In this document: in pieces, positions 41,486 through 50,938 of the stretch
Numbering within the stretch: the stretch's first letter is position 1
Layout of the letters: the number at the start of each line of letters is the position of its first letter
Assembly (NCBI GenBank): GCA_040218735.1
Contig: JAVJQW010000023.1
Span: forward strand, 608,001 to 672,000
DNA length: 64,000 bases
Direction of reading: 5' to 3'
Source: Deltaproteobacteria bacterium
GTDB taxonomy: Bacteria > Myxococcota > Kuafuiibacteriia > Kuafuiibacteriales > Kuafuiibacteriaceae
The notes under the pieces: generated by a model
Told to the model about the DNA's origin: nothing
Databases searched by the model: none
What the model saw: only the letters and a program-made list of their open reading frames with translations
Made by a program: the position numbers and the translations under genes

Positions 41486-42531
41486 GGTGTCGGTATGCAG
41501 GCGTCCGTCGCCCAGCCCTCGCGGCGATCACACACCGCATCTGTCCGCTGCGGACAAGTCCCGTCGCTCGCGCAGTCGACGAAGCACACGCCAAAGTCAC
41601 CGTACGGCTGACACGTCGAGCCCGTCGGACACGGCGTCGCTTCGGGTGTTCCGGAGCAGATCTGCGCGCACATACCGCACGGGAAGCCCCAGCCGAGCTC
41701 GGAGAAACAAACCTCGCCCATGCCGCAGTCGACGGTGCTCTTGCAGCGGCCGCCCATGCGCGAACCGACCTGCTGCAACGGCGTGGACGCGCAGCGGCCC
41801 GTCGCGCGATTGCAGTACCAGGTCCCGTCGCGGGGATCGCAGTCGATGACGTCGTCGCGGCAGTCCGTCACGCACACGCCGTTCGCGCCGGGCACGACGG
41901 CCTCCACGCAGTGCGCGTCGGGGCGACACGACGGGTCCGCCTGACACAGCTGGAGGCACCCCGTAGGCCCGTTGGGGAACTGAAAACACGCGCTGCCGAC
42001 CGGGCACCCGGACGTTTCACACGGTGAGATCGTGCAGTAACCCCAGAACCCCGGCGCCTCGTCTCTTGTCCAACAGGTCAGTCCGTCCGCGCAGGTGGTG
42101 TCGTCGGCGCACGCGCCGCCGACGGGCTGGTTCGGCGCGGGCGGAGGGCCACCGTCGTAGCGGCACGAGCCCGCGTCGGGGAGGTCGTCGCCGTCGCAGA
42201 CACGCGGACGATCCGTGGTGTCGAGGCACGGCGCACCGTTCGGGCAGCCGGCCTTGTCGCAGCAGTAGATCGGTTGGCCGACGGCGCGACAGACGCCGTC
42301 GATGCACCCCACGCCCTGCGGGCACTGGCACGAGAAGCGACACGTGAGGTCGCCCGCGTCGCGCGGCCCCGCGTCGCGGGGGAGGATCCCCGAATCGCGC
42401 GGGCCCCCGTCGCGGGCCACGCCGACGTCCCGCGGAGGGCCGCCGTCGCGCTCCGCGCCGCCGTCGTCGCCGCTCGAACACGCACAAAGCGCGAGCAGGC
42501 ACCAGGACCATCGGTACACGCGGCGCGTCAT
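41482..42531 (-). CDS. Cys-rich secreted lipoprotein
   Basis: Lipobox LCACS, RDGG/RDAG linker repeats, many Cys repeats. Confidence 0.8.
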   Translation of the reverse strand: MTRRVYRWSWCLLALCACSSGDDGGAERDGGPPRDVGVARDGGPRDSGILPRDAGPRDAGDLTCRFSCQCPQGVGCIDGVCRAVGQPIYCCDKAGCPNGAPCLDTTDRPRVCDGDDLPDAGSCRYDGGPPPAPNQPVGGACADDTTCADGLTCWTRDEAPGFWGYCTISPCETSGCPVGSACFQFPNGPTGCLQLCQADPSCRPDAHCVEAVVPGANGVCVTDCRDDVIDCDPRDGTWYCNRATGRCASTPLQQVGSRMGGRCKSTVDCGMGEVCFSELGWGFPCGMCAQICSGTPEATPCPTGSTCQPYGDFGVCFVDCASDGTCPQRTDAVCDRREGWATDACIPTP

Positions 42532-42651
42532 GGTTCGGGCGTATCGTACCGCAACGCGCCCATTCGCCCACACCGTCGACCCGATCTTCCGGACGAGTTC
42601 CATTGCGAGGACGGTGGAGAGCAACGACAATCACGCAAGTTCGCGCGCCCC

Positions 42652-45399
42652 ATGTCTTCCGAAGGAGTTCAACGCTTTGGCCCCTACATCATCCTCGATC
42701 GCATCGGGGACGGTGGCATGGCCGAGATCTTCCTCGCCAAGCTCCAGGGGTACTCGGGGTTCGAGAAGCTCCTCGCCCTGAAGAAGATCCACCCGCGCTA
42801 CTCGGAGAACGAGACCTTCGCCCAGATGCTCATCCACGAGGCGAAGCTCGCGGCGAGCCTCCAGCACTTCAACGTCGTCCAGGTCCACGACCTCGGGGAG
42901 ATCGACAAGCAGGTCTTCGTCGCGATGGAGTACGTGCGCGGGCGCGACCTCGCCGCGGTGCTCTCCACGGCCTACCGACGCAAGGAGCGTCTCCCACTGA
43001 ACCTGTCGCTGTGCATCGCGACCGAGTTCATGACCGGCCTCGACTACGCCCACCGCATGCGCGCGACCGACGGCTCGCCGCTCGGGCTCATCCACCGCGA
43101 CATCTCCCCGCAGAACATCCTCATCTCCTACGAGGGCGAGGTGAAGGTCACCGACTTCGGCATCGCGCGTGTGCTGTCGGAGAAGGACGGCTTCAAGCTC
43201 CCCGGCAACCTGCACGGCAAGTTCGGCTACATGTCGCCGGAGCAGGTGATGGGCAAGGAGATCGACCAGCGATCCGACGTCTTCTCCGCGGGCGTCGTTC
43301 TCTGGGAGATGCTCACCGGCCAGCGCCTCTTCCGCGGCAAGGACCACAAGGCGACGATCAAGCTGATCGTGTCGCACGCGATCCCGCCGCCGTCGTCGAT
43401 CAACGACGAGGTCCCGCCGTCCGTCGATCGCATCTGCCACAAGGCGCTCGCGCGCGATCGCAACGCGCGCTACCAGACGACCGGCGCGCTCCTCGGTGAG
43501 CTCTCGCGCGCCGCCGACGATCTCCCCCGCCGCGCCGCGACGCGCGACCTCGCGGTCTACATGCGCCGTCAGTTCGGCGCGCAGTCCGGGCTCTACACGG
43601 CGAGCCGCCCCCGGGATTCGAAGAGCAACCTGTCGGCGCACAGCGGCTTCGACGGGACCAACACCGGTATCTCGCAGCTGTCGGGCTTCTCGGTCACGAG
43701 CGGCGACCGCCTCCCGCTCGGCCAGGTGCTGATGGAGCAGTCGGCGATCACGATGCAGGACCTGGAGATCGCGCTCGCGGAGCAACGCGCGCGGGGTGGT
43801 CGCATCGGCGAGCTGCTCGTCGCCTCCGGCAACATCTCGGAGGACGACCTCGCGCGCGCCCTCAGCACGCAGTCCGGCTCGCCCGTGATCGCGGAGAGCG
43901 ACCTGCTCGCTCTGCCGCCCCCGACGAAGCTGCTCAATCGCTTCCCGCGCGAGGCGGCCGAGGCGACGCTGATCATCCCGACGTCGATCAACGAGGAGCG
44001 ACGCTCGGTGAGCCTCGCGGTGTGTGATCCGTACGACGAGCGCGCGATCCTCGAGACGAAGGTCGTGCTCGGCGTGAACGACGTCGACGTGTTCGTCGCC
44101 AAACGCACGGCGATCCGCGGGCTGATCCAGTCGTGGTACGGCGACGAAGTCGTCGAGGCGGCGCCCGAGATCCAGATCCAGGAGCCGATCTTCATCGAAG
44201 CCCCGGTCGAGGCCGAGCCCGCCGGTCCGCCGATCGTGTTGATCGCCGACGCCGACACCTCCGTCGCGGACGAGCTCGTCGCGCGCATCCAAGAGGAGGA
44301 GTGCGAGGTCGTCGTCGCCAACGACGGCAAACGCGCGCGCACCCTGTGTCGCGAGCGCACACCGACCGTCGCGTTCCTCGACGCCGCCCTCCCGGGGATC
44401 GACGGCTACAACATCCTGCTCGAGCTGCGCGCGAAGAACGCGGACGCGGCGGTGTTCATCACCTCGAACCGCGGCGACGACTTCCGTCAGGCGAAGGCGC
44501 TCGAGCTCGGCGCGGACGACTTCATCGTGAAGCCGCTGTCGATCGAAGTGACGACCTCGAAGATCCGTCGCGAGATCCAGAAGCGGTCGTCGGGGCGCAA
44601 AGTCGTCGCGCCGACGGTGCAGTTCGAAGGCGTCAGCGGATCACTCAAGGACATGACCGGGCTCGACATCATGCAGAGCTTGGAGATCGGCAAGAAGACC
44701 GCGCACGTCGTGCTGCAGTACGAAGACGGCCGCAACGGCGAGCTCAACGTCGACGACGGCCACCTGCGCGGCGCGATGTGCGGACCGCTCCTCGGCGAGG
44801 AAGCCTTCTACCGGCTCGCTCGGCCCGGCGCGGGGCTGTTCCGCATCGAGTACCGCGACTCGCCGGTGCCGAAGAACATCGGCAAGCCGAACACGTTCCT
44901 GATGATCGAGGCGATGCGCCGGCTCGACGAAGAGGTTCGTGACAGCGACATCCCCGACGAGCCGGAGCTGCCGGTCGTCGAACCACGCGCGCCGTCGGGT
45001 GTCGACCTCCCGCTGGTCACCCCCGTCGAGGCCATCGTCGAGCAGTCGGCGGCGGTGCAGGGCCTCGTGGACGACCTCGTCCTCGAACCGCCGAAGGAGA
45101 TCCCGGTGACGCGCCTCCCGGAGCCCATCGCCAAGGTCGACTCGAAGTTCGGACGTGAGTTCCCACCCGAGGCGACCCCAGCCGGCCACGAGCTCGGCGA
45201 AGCGCTCCGCCGCCTGTCCGGCGAAGACGAGCCGAGCGCCCCGCGCCCCCGCGGCGAACGCTTCACCGCACGTGACCGCGAGAAGACGAAGGTCATCGCG
45301 CGCGTGCCCCTGCGTCGCGTGAAGTCGTTGTCGAAGTCCGACGACGACGATCCCTCCGAGACCATCACCGCGGACGTCGAACCCAACGCCCGGAACTGA
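42652..45399 (+). CDS. Ser/Thr protein kinase - MshEN/GspE_N - receiver - DUF4388 multidomain protein
   Basis: GDGGMA, HRDISPQN, DFG; PLGQVLME..EQ and RIGELLV..TQ; AFLDAALPGIDG..ADDFIVKP; GVSGSLKDM..DIMQSL..GEEAFYRL. Confidence 0.9.
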   Translation: MSSEGVQRFGPYIILDRIGDGGMAEIFLAKLQGYSGFEKLLALKKIHPRYSENETFAQMLIHEAKLAASLQHFNVVQVHDLGEIDKQVFVAMEYVRGRDLAAVLSTAYRRKERLPLNLSLCIATEFMTGLDYAHRMRATDGSPLGLIHRDISPQNILISYEGEVKVTDFGIARVLSEKDGFKLPGNLHGKFGYMSPEQVMGKEIDQRSDVFSAGVVLWEMLTGQRLFRGKDHKATIKLIVSHAIPPPSSINDEVPPSVDRICHKALARDRNARYQTTGALLGELSRAADDLPRRAATRDLAVYMRRQFGAQSGLYTASRPRDSKSNLSAHSGFDGTNTGISQLSGFSVTSGDRLPLGQVLMEQSAITMQDLEIALAEQRARGGRIGELLVASGNISEDDLARALSTQSGSPVIAESDLLALPPPTKLLNRFPREAAEATLIIPTSINEERRSVSLAVCDPYDERAILETKVVLGVNDVDVFVAKRTAIRGLIQSWYGDEVVEAAPEIQIQEPIFIEAPVEAEPAGPPIVLIADADTSVADELVARIQEEECEVVVANDGKRARTLCRERTPTVAFLDAALPGIDGYNILLELRAKNADAAVFITSNRGDDFRQAKALELGADDFIVKPLSIEVTTSKIRREIQKRSSGRKVVAPTVQFEGVSGSLKDMTGLDIMQSLEIGKKTAHVVLQYEDGRNGELNVDDGHLRGAMCGPLLGEEAFYRLARPGAGLFRIEYRDSPVPKNIGKPNTFLMIEAMRRLDEEVRDSDIPDEPELPVVEPRAPSGVDLPLVTPVEAIVEQSAAVQGLVDDLVLEPPKEIPVTRLPEPIAKVDSKFGREFPPEATPAGHELGEALRRLSGEDEPSAPRPRGERFTARDREKTKVIARVPLRRVKSLSKSDDDDPSETITADVEPNARN

Positions 45400-45412
45400 C
45401 GCGTTCGTCCTC

Positions 45413-48001
45413 GTGTGGACCAACGGTTCACACGCAACCCCAGCCAGAACCCGCGGCGACGGAGTATCCTCGAATGCGGTGCCGCGTCTTCGTCTCGAAC
45501 CGGTCCTCCTCCTCGCCGCCTGCGCGGCACCCGAGATCGACGTCGAGCCGCCACCGCCACCGCCCGCGCCCGCGCGGTGTGACGACGCGGTCGCCAAGGA
45601 GCGCGCGGACCTCGAGGCGCAGTACCGCGACACGGTGCACCCGCTCATCGTGCGACCGATCGCCGAAGGAGGCTGCGCCGAGTGCCACGCGCCGGGCACG
45701 AGCCACGATCTGATCGTCTGGCCCGACGACGCGGCGCGAACGTTCGAAGCGATGTGGGCGGTCGGCCTGCTCGACACCTCGGCGCCGCCGCGTTCGTTGC
45801 TCGCGGTGCTCGCCGAGGATGGCGTGCCGAGGATGCCGCTCGGCCGCGACGCGTGGCCCGAGGAGGAGCGCGCGGCGGTGGAGGCGCTCGCGTGTGATCT
45901 GAAGGCGAGCGCGATCGACGCACCGCCGGTGTGTGACGGGCCGCCGGATCCGGGGCACGTGCCGATCCGCAGGCTCTCCTCGACGCAGTACGCGACGACC
46001 GTCGCGTCCGCGCTCGGCTACCGTGGACCGATCTCCTTGGTGCCCGACGAGATTGCGTTCGGGTTCGACAGCGTCGCGGTCGCGCAGCGGCTCTCGACGG
46101 GACACGTCGAGCAGTACGCGGAGGCCGCGGAGCGGATCGCCGGCGACACGCTCTTCGTCGCGGACCCGCTCGAGCTGACGTACGAAGCGGAAGGTCTCGA
46201 CGCCTGGCTGTACAACGGCAACCGCCCCGGCACCGGACACGGCGGCCCCGTCGATACCGACGGCGACGGCGTGCGGGACGTCTATCACTTCCAGCGCATC
46301 ATCTCGTACGTGACGCCGGGGTTGGTGGAGGTCGAGTACCCGGGGCGCTACGCGGTGACGATGCGCGTGCAGGGCTACAACGCCGACCAGCGCGTGCGCC
46401 AGAACGACGTGCTCGTGACGACGGAGTCGAACGTTCCGCCGGAGCTTCGCGTCGACTTCGGGACTTCGTTGTTCCAGGTCGTCGAGGTCCCCGGTGACTA
46501 CCTCGAGTTCGGCCCGTGGATGGAGATCACGATGGTGTTCGACGACGTCCCCGCCGGACCGCACGAGATCCGCGTCGGGATGACGAACATGGGTTACGGC
46601 CCGAACCGTCAGCGCGACGTGCGGATGCGCCTCGACCACTTCTCGATCACGGGCCCGGCGCCGAACGAGCTCCCCGCAACGGATCGAATGCGCGTGGACC
46701 GCTACCTCGTGTGCCCCGACGGATCGGACCCGGCGTGTAACACCCGCGCGGTGGAGAACGTGCTCGCGACGCTGTGGCGACGCGTCCCGGACGCCGCCGA
46801 GGTCGAACGCTACGAGACGCGCCTGCTGGACGCCGTGCTCGACGACGACGGCACGTTCCGCGACGGGATGGAGCTGGTGCTGGAGGCGGCGCTGCTGTCG
46901 CCCCACTTCCTGTACCGCGTGGAGCTCCCGGGCCACCAAGCCGAGCGGGTGCTCGACGGCTACGAGCTCGCGACGCGCCTGTCGTACTTCCTGTGGAGCG
47001 GACCGCCGGACGCGACGCTCCTCGCGCGCGCCGCGGACGGGACGCTCCTGGATGACGCGATCCTCGAAGCCGAGATCGATCGGATGCTCGCGGACGAACG
47101 GGCCGACGCGCTGGTCCACGACTTCGGCGCGCAGTGGCTGGGCCTTCGGAGGCTCGACACCCTCATGCTCTCCGCGGAGGTCTTCCCGGAGCTCGACGAA
47201 GATCTGCGCCGCGACCTCGCGACGGAGCTGGAGCGTCTGCTCGACTACGTCATGCGCGGCGACCGCGACCTGCGCGAGCTCCTCGACACGGACGTCACCT
47301 GGGTCAACGACCGCCTCGCCGCACATTACGGGTTGCCGGCGCCCGGCACCGGCGAAACGTTCGTCGAAGTCCCCGTCGGCGACGCACCGCGCGGGGGCCT
47401 GCTGGAGAGCGGCGGCGTCCACGCGCTCACGTCCCACCCCGACCGCACGTCGCCGACGCTGCGCGGGAAGTGGATCCTCGACAACCTCCTCTGCCAGCCG
47501 CCGGCCGAGCCGCCCGCGGACGCCGACACCAACATCCAGCGCCCCGGCCTCGAAGACCTCACGCTGCGCGAGCGACTCGAGCAACACCGCGTCGACCCGG
47601 CGTGCGCCGCGTGCCACGCGATGATGGATCCGCTCGGCATGTCGATGGAGCACTTCGACGCGCTCGGCCGCTGGCGCACGACGGACGACTTCGGCGACAC
47701 CGTGGACCCCACGGCCGAGATGCCCGATGGCACCGCGGTCACCGGACACACCGACGTGCTGACGTGGCTCGATACGCAGCCCGCGTTCGATCGCTGCGTG
47801 ACGAAGAAACTCGCGACCTACGCGCTCGGTCGCGACCCAACCACCGTCGACGCGTGTGCGCTCGACGCCGTGCGCGACACGTGGACGCAGGGCGACCGCT
47901 CGCTGCGCGGCCTGGTGAAGGCACTCGCGACGAGCCCGGTCTTCCGTGCTCGGCGCGACGAACGCACCGGTGAGTACGACCACCTGACGGGAGGACCGTG
48001 A
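45413..48001 (+). CDS. DUF1592/DUF1588-family lipoprotein with CxxCH motifs
   Basis: CAECH, IRRLS, LLSPHFLYRVE, ELATRLSYFLWSGPPD, TSPTLRGKWI, CAACH; start uncertain. Confidence 0.88.
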   Translation: MWTNGSHATPARTRGDGVSSNAVPRLRLEPVLLLAACAAPEIDVEPPPPPPAPARCDDAVAKERADLEAQYRDTVHPLIVRPIAEGGCAECHAPGTSHDLIVWPDDAARTFEAMWAVGLLDTSAPPRSLLAVLAEDGVPRMPLGRDAWPEEERAAVEALACDLKASAIDAPPVCDGPPDPGHVPIRRLSSTQYATTVASALGYRGPISLVPDEIAFGFDSVAVAQRLSTGHVEQYAEAAERIAGDTLFVADPLELTYEAEGLDAWLYNGNRPGTGHGGPVDTDGDGVRDVYHFQRIISYVTPGLVEVEYPGRYAVTMRVQGYNADQRVRQNDVLVTTESNVPPELRVDFGTSLFQVVEVPGDYLEFGPWMEITMVFDDVPAGPHEIRVGMTNMGYGPNRQRDVRMRLDHFSITGPAPNELPATDRMRVDRYLVCPDGSDPACNTRAVENVLATLWRRVPDAAEVERYETRLLDAVLDDDGTFRDGMELVLEAALLSPHFLYRVELPGHQAERVLDGYELATRLSYFLWSGPPDATLLARAADGTLLDDAILEAEIDRMLADERADALVHDFGAQWLGLRRLDTLMLSAEVFPELDEDLRRDLATELERLLDYVMRGDRDLRELLDTDVTWVNDRLAAHYGLPAPGTGETFVEVPVGDAPRGGLLESGGVHALTSHPDRTSPTLRGKWILDNLLCQPPAEPPADADTNIQRPGLEDLTLRERLEQHRVDPACAACHAMMDPLGMSMEHFDALGRWRTTDDFGDTVDPTAEMPDGTAVTGHTDVLTWLDTQPAFDRCVTKKLATYALGRDPTTVDACALDAVRDTWTQGDRSLRGLVKALATSPVFRARRDERTGEYDHLTGGP

Positions 48002-48002
48002 G

Positions 48003-49355
48003 ATGACGAAGGTGAACCGTCGAACGATGCTCCGCGGCGTGGGGGCCTCCCTCGCGCTCCCGTTCCTGCCGAGCCTGCTGCCGAAGCGCGCGTGGGCGCA
48101 GGCCGCGACGCCGCCGAAGCGGCTGCTCTACTACTACGTGCCCAACGGGATGCTCCGCGCGAAGTGGACGCCCGCGCAGACCGGCCCGGACTACGCGCTG
48201 ACCGAGCTGCTCGCGCCGCTCGCGCGTCACAAGCCGGACATGACGGTGGTGAGCGGACTGGACAACGCTCCGGGGCTGCGTCGCGACGGCGACGTCGGCG
48301 GCGGCGCGCACTTCCAACAGACCGCGTCGTTCCTGACGTTCGAGCACATCCGCCAGGAGGTCTTCGCCGCCGGGAAGTCGGTGGATCAGATCGCGGCGGA
48401 CGCGGTCGGCGACGCGACGGCGTACCGGTCCCTCGTGCTCGGAACGTCGGGCGGGAGCTCCAGCGGCGTGTGCGCGGGCAACGACTGGCCCTGCGCGTAC
48501 ATCGGGCACATCTCCTGGGCCGACGCGACGACGCCGATGGCCAAGTACGGCAACCCGCGTTCGCTCTTCGACGTCCTCTTCGGCGCGGCCAACGCGAGCG
48601 CGGAGGATCGGGCGAAGCGTTTGTCGAACAAACAGAAGGTCCTCGACGTCGTGCGCGACGACGCGTCGTCGCTGTCGTCGCGGCTCGGCAAATACGACCG
48701 CTACAAACTCGACCGCTACCTCACCGCGGTGAACGAGCTGGAGGACCGCGTGATTCGGCTCTCGAACGCGCCGGCGTGCGACGCGGGCGACGAACCCGAC
48801 TGGGGCTCCGGATACCTCGCGCGCCACGAGGCGATGCTCGATCTGCTGGTGCTCGCGTTCGAGTGCGACATCACGCGCATCGCGACGTTCATGACCGAGC
48901 AGGGCGGCAACAACAACCTCGGCCCGTACAGCTGGGTCATGCACGAGGGCACGCCGCTCACGGAGGCGTTCCACCCGCTGTCGCACCACTCCGGCGACCC
49001 GGTGAAGATCGCGAAGATCGCGGCGATCTGCCTCTGGGAGATGGAGGTCTTCGCGCGCCTGCTCGACCGGATGAAGGCGGTCGACGAAGGCGACGGCACG
49101 ACGCTGCTCGACAACAGCATCGTCTTCTTCAGCAGCGAAGCCGGCGAAGGCAACGACCACCGGCCGACGGACCTCCCGATCGTCCTCGCGGGCGGCGGGC
49201 AGGGCTCGGTCGTGAAGGGCACGCACCTCGCGTACGCGGCGCCGAACAACATCTACGCGGACCTGCACGTCGCGTTGTTGAACGCGTTCGGGGTCGAGCC
49301 GGGGCCGCTCGGTGAAGAGGAGCGGATGACGCCGCTGCCGGGGATCCTCGTCTGA
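48003..49355 (+). CDS. DUF1552-family protein (Tat signal)
   Basis: RRTMLRG, LPFL, YVPNG, LAFECDITR, HPLSHH, TLLDNS; typical partner of DUF1592. Confidence 0.88.
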   Translation: MTKVNRRTMLRGVGASLALPFLPSLLPKRAWAQAATPPKRLLYYYVPNGMLRAKWTPAQTGPDYALTELLAPLARHKPDMTVVSGLDNAPGLRRDGDVGGGAHFQQTASFLTFEHIRQEVFAAGKSVDQIAADAVGDATAYRSLVLGTSGGSSSGVCAGNDWPCAYIGHISWADATTPMAKYGNPRSLFDVLFGAANASAEDRAKRLSNKQKVLDVVRDDASSLSSRLGKYDRYKLDRYLTAVNELEDRVIRLSNAPACDAGDEPDWGSGYLARHEAMLDLLVLAFECDITRIATFMTEQGGNNNLGPYSWVMHEGTPLTEAFHPLSHHSGDPVKIAKIAAICLWEMEVFARLLDRMKAVDEGDGTTLLDNSIVFFSSEAGEGNDHRPTDLPIVLAGGGQGSVVKGTHLAYAAPNNIYADLHVALLNAFGVEPGPLGEEERMTPLPGILV

Positions 49356-49357
49356 CG

Positions 49358-49422
49358 GTCAGATGACGATCGCCATGCCGGGGTCCACGCCGTCGAGCGC
49401 TTCGGATCCCAGCATCGACTCG
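49358..49422. repeat. 65-bp perfect direct repeat of the HD-GYP gene 3' end (copy of 53653-53717)
   Basis: Base-by-base identical on manual comparison. Confidence 0.92.
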
Positions 49423-49423
49423 G

Positions 49424-50193
49424 TGTGGTGCTCCCCCTGACACCATGCAACGCGTTGTAGATTCTCTGCGCAGTACTCCCGCGGAGACTTGCAACCGAGC
49501 GCCTGACGGGGCCGTACGTTTGCTGCATCGATCGATCACTTCTCCGATCGCGCGCTTCGAATCTGCGTGCGACCAGTTGGGCTGCCACGCATACTCCTCT
49601 TTCAGACTCCTGAAGAAGCCTTCGAACAGCCGTTCTGCTCGGGCGTGTCCGGCGTGATGACCTCCTGCTTCATGCGAGTAGTCGCGACACATCGCGGAAG
49701 CGACGGCTCTGGCAGGTCAGGCCGCTCTCGCCTCGTACGAGCGGGGTGGGCCCCACTGGCCGAAGCGTCCCGCAGCGCTGGATACATGCTTGCCCGAGCG
49801 CTTGCTCCGCTTCGCATGCTCGGCCGTGCAGTGCGTACTCCAGCCGATAAGGTCGCGATCGTGACAATCAATGTGGGCGGCGAAATGTCCCCAACCCGTG
49901 CTCTCAGCAGGGGGAATGAAGTGCCTTCTATTGCCCATCGACGACCACTCGCTGGAGCGACACTGCGCCGTCCTCTCACACACGGTCGTGGGTTCTTCTC
50001 CCACTGAACATCGAACCTACCTTTGCGCACTAGAACGTGGTGCACGGCCTACTTATTGACCACAACGTTGTCCCGACACCCCCGGAAGACCGAAGTCGGT
50101 GATAGCCAATGTACCGTTCTTCGCCACCTGTCTTCGTCCTTACCGTGTCCGAGAAGAGCGGGTTGGGTGGTCTCACTCAGAGGGGAGCGAGAA
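49424..50193 (-). mobile_element. Degraded IS3-family-like insertion sequence
   Basis: Fragments GWGHFAAHIDCHDRDLIGW, ITPDTPEQNG and FFRSLKEE in different frames; end TGTGGTGCTCCCCCTGA with degenerate inverted copy TCAGAGGGGAGCGAGAA near 50177. Confidence 0.8.
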
Positions 50194-50273
50194 TCTCGGC
50201 CCGTCGACCTCCGCGAGATTACAAATAACCGTGCGGCTGACCTTCGCGCCGGAAGAGTCGCGCACACAAGGAA

Positions 50274-50912
50274 CTACAGCCACCATCTGACTGGCGGGCC
50301 GAATGGGTCACACGGAAACATGTAGAGTAGAGCTTCCGATCGAGCGTCGATCAACTCGCCATTATAGGGCATCCCTGCGTCGGCGAAACGGCGTCGAATC
50401 GCGGCCTTGGTTTCCTGTTCGGAGGAGTTGATTCCGCAAAGATCGAACGAATGCTCGGGCTGGAAGAAGACAAGAAAGAGATCTCGGTCCGGGATCCACT
50501 TCGAGTGGGGGAACGGGTAGCATGGCGCAAAAACATTCAGGAACATCCGCATGCCCGAAAACTCGAACTGCCAGTCTGGCGCAAGAACGTCTGCGGCGAG
50601 GCAACGTCGGCATGACTCATCTTCCGAGGCCAATCCAAAGAGAAGATCGCGAAATCCAACGCGAACTGATTCGAAATCGCAAGCTGCAGCACCCAACCTC
50701 ACCTCGGCGCAGAACCCATGAAGAGTTGCCGCGCGATCGAAGAGAACAAATCTCCCAAGCTCCCGTGCAATTATTGAGTAATTAGTCAACACCGACAGGG
50801 AGTTATCCCAGGCTGGGGACCTCCAAATGCGCGCCCCCTCGGCGAACGGGCACAACGTTCTTTCCTGCAACCGACTGAATGCGTCGGCGTGAGAGTCTTG
50901 CTTGGTTGGCAT
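50274..50912 (-). CDS. YqcI/YcgG-family protein
   Basis: CPFA, WQFEFSG..F....APCY...HSK, FQPEHSF pattern. Confidence 0.75.
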   Translation of the reverse strand: MPTKQDSHADAFSRLQERTLCPFAEGARIWRSPAWDNSLSVLTNYSIIARELGRFVLFDRAATLHGFCAEVRLGAAACDFESVRVGFRDLLFGLASEDESCRRCLAADVLAPDWQFEFSGMRMFLNVFAPCYPFPHSKWIPDRDLFLVFFQPEHSFDLCGINSSEQETKAAIRRRFADAGMPYNGELIDARSEALLYMFPCDPFGPPVRWWL

Positions 50913-50938
50913 TGCGGATATCCTTCAGTGAGAACAAC

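Noticed and set aside
35203-47983. Long opposite-strand ORFs (586, 954, 758, 639, 553, 851 aa)
   Set aside because: Shadows of well-supported genes, typical of high-GC DNA
45413-49355. DUF1592/DUF1552 pair as a novel system
   Set aside because: A widespread, recognised gene pair in Myxococcota/Planctomycetota; nothing unusual here
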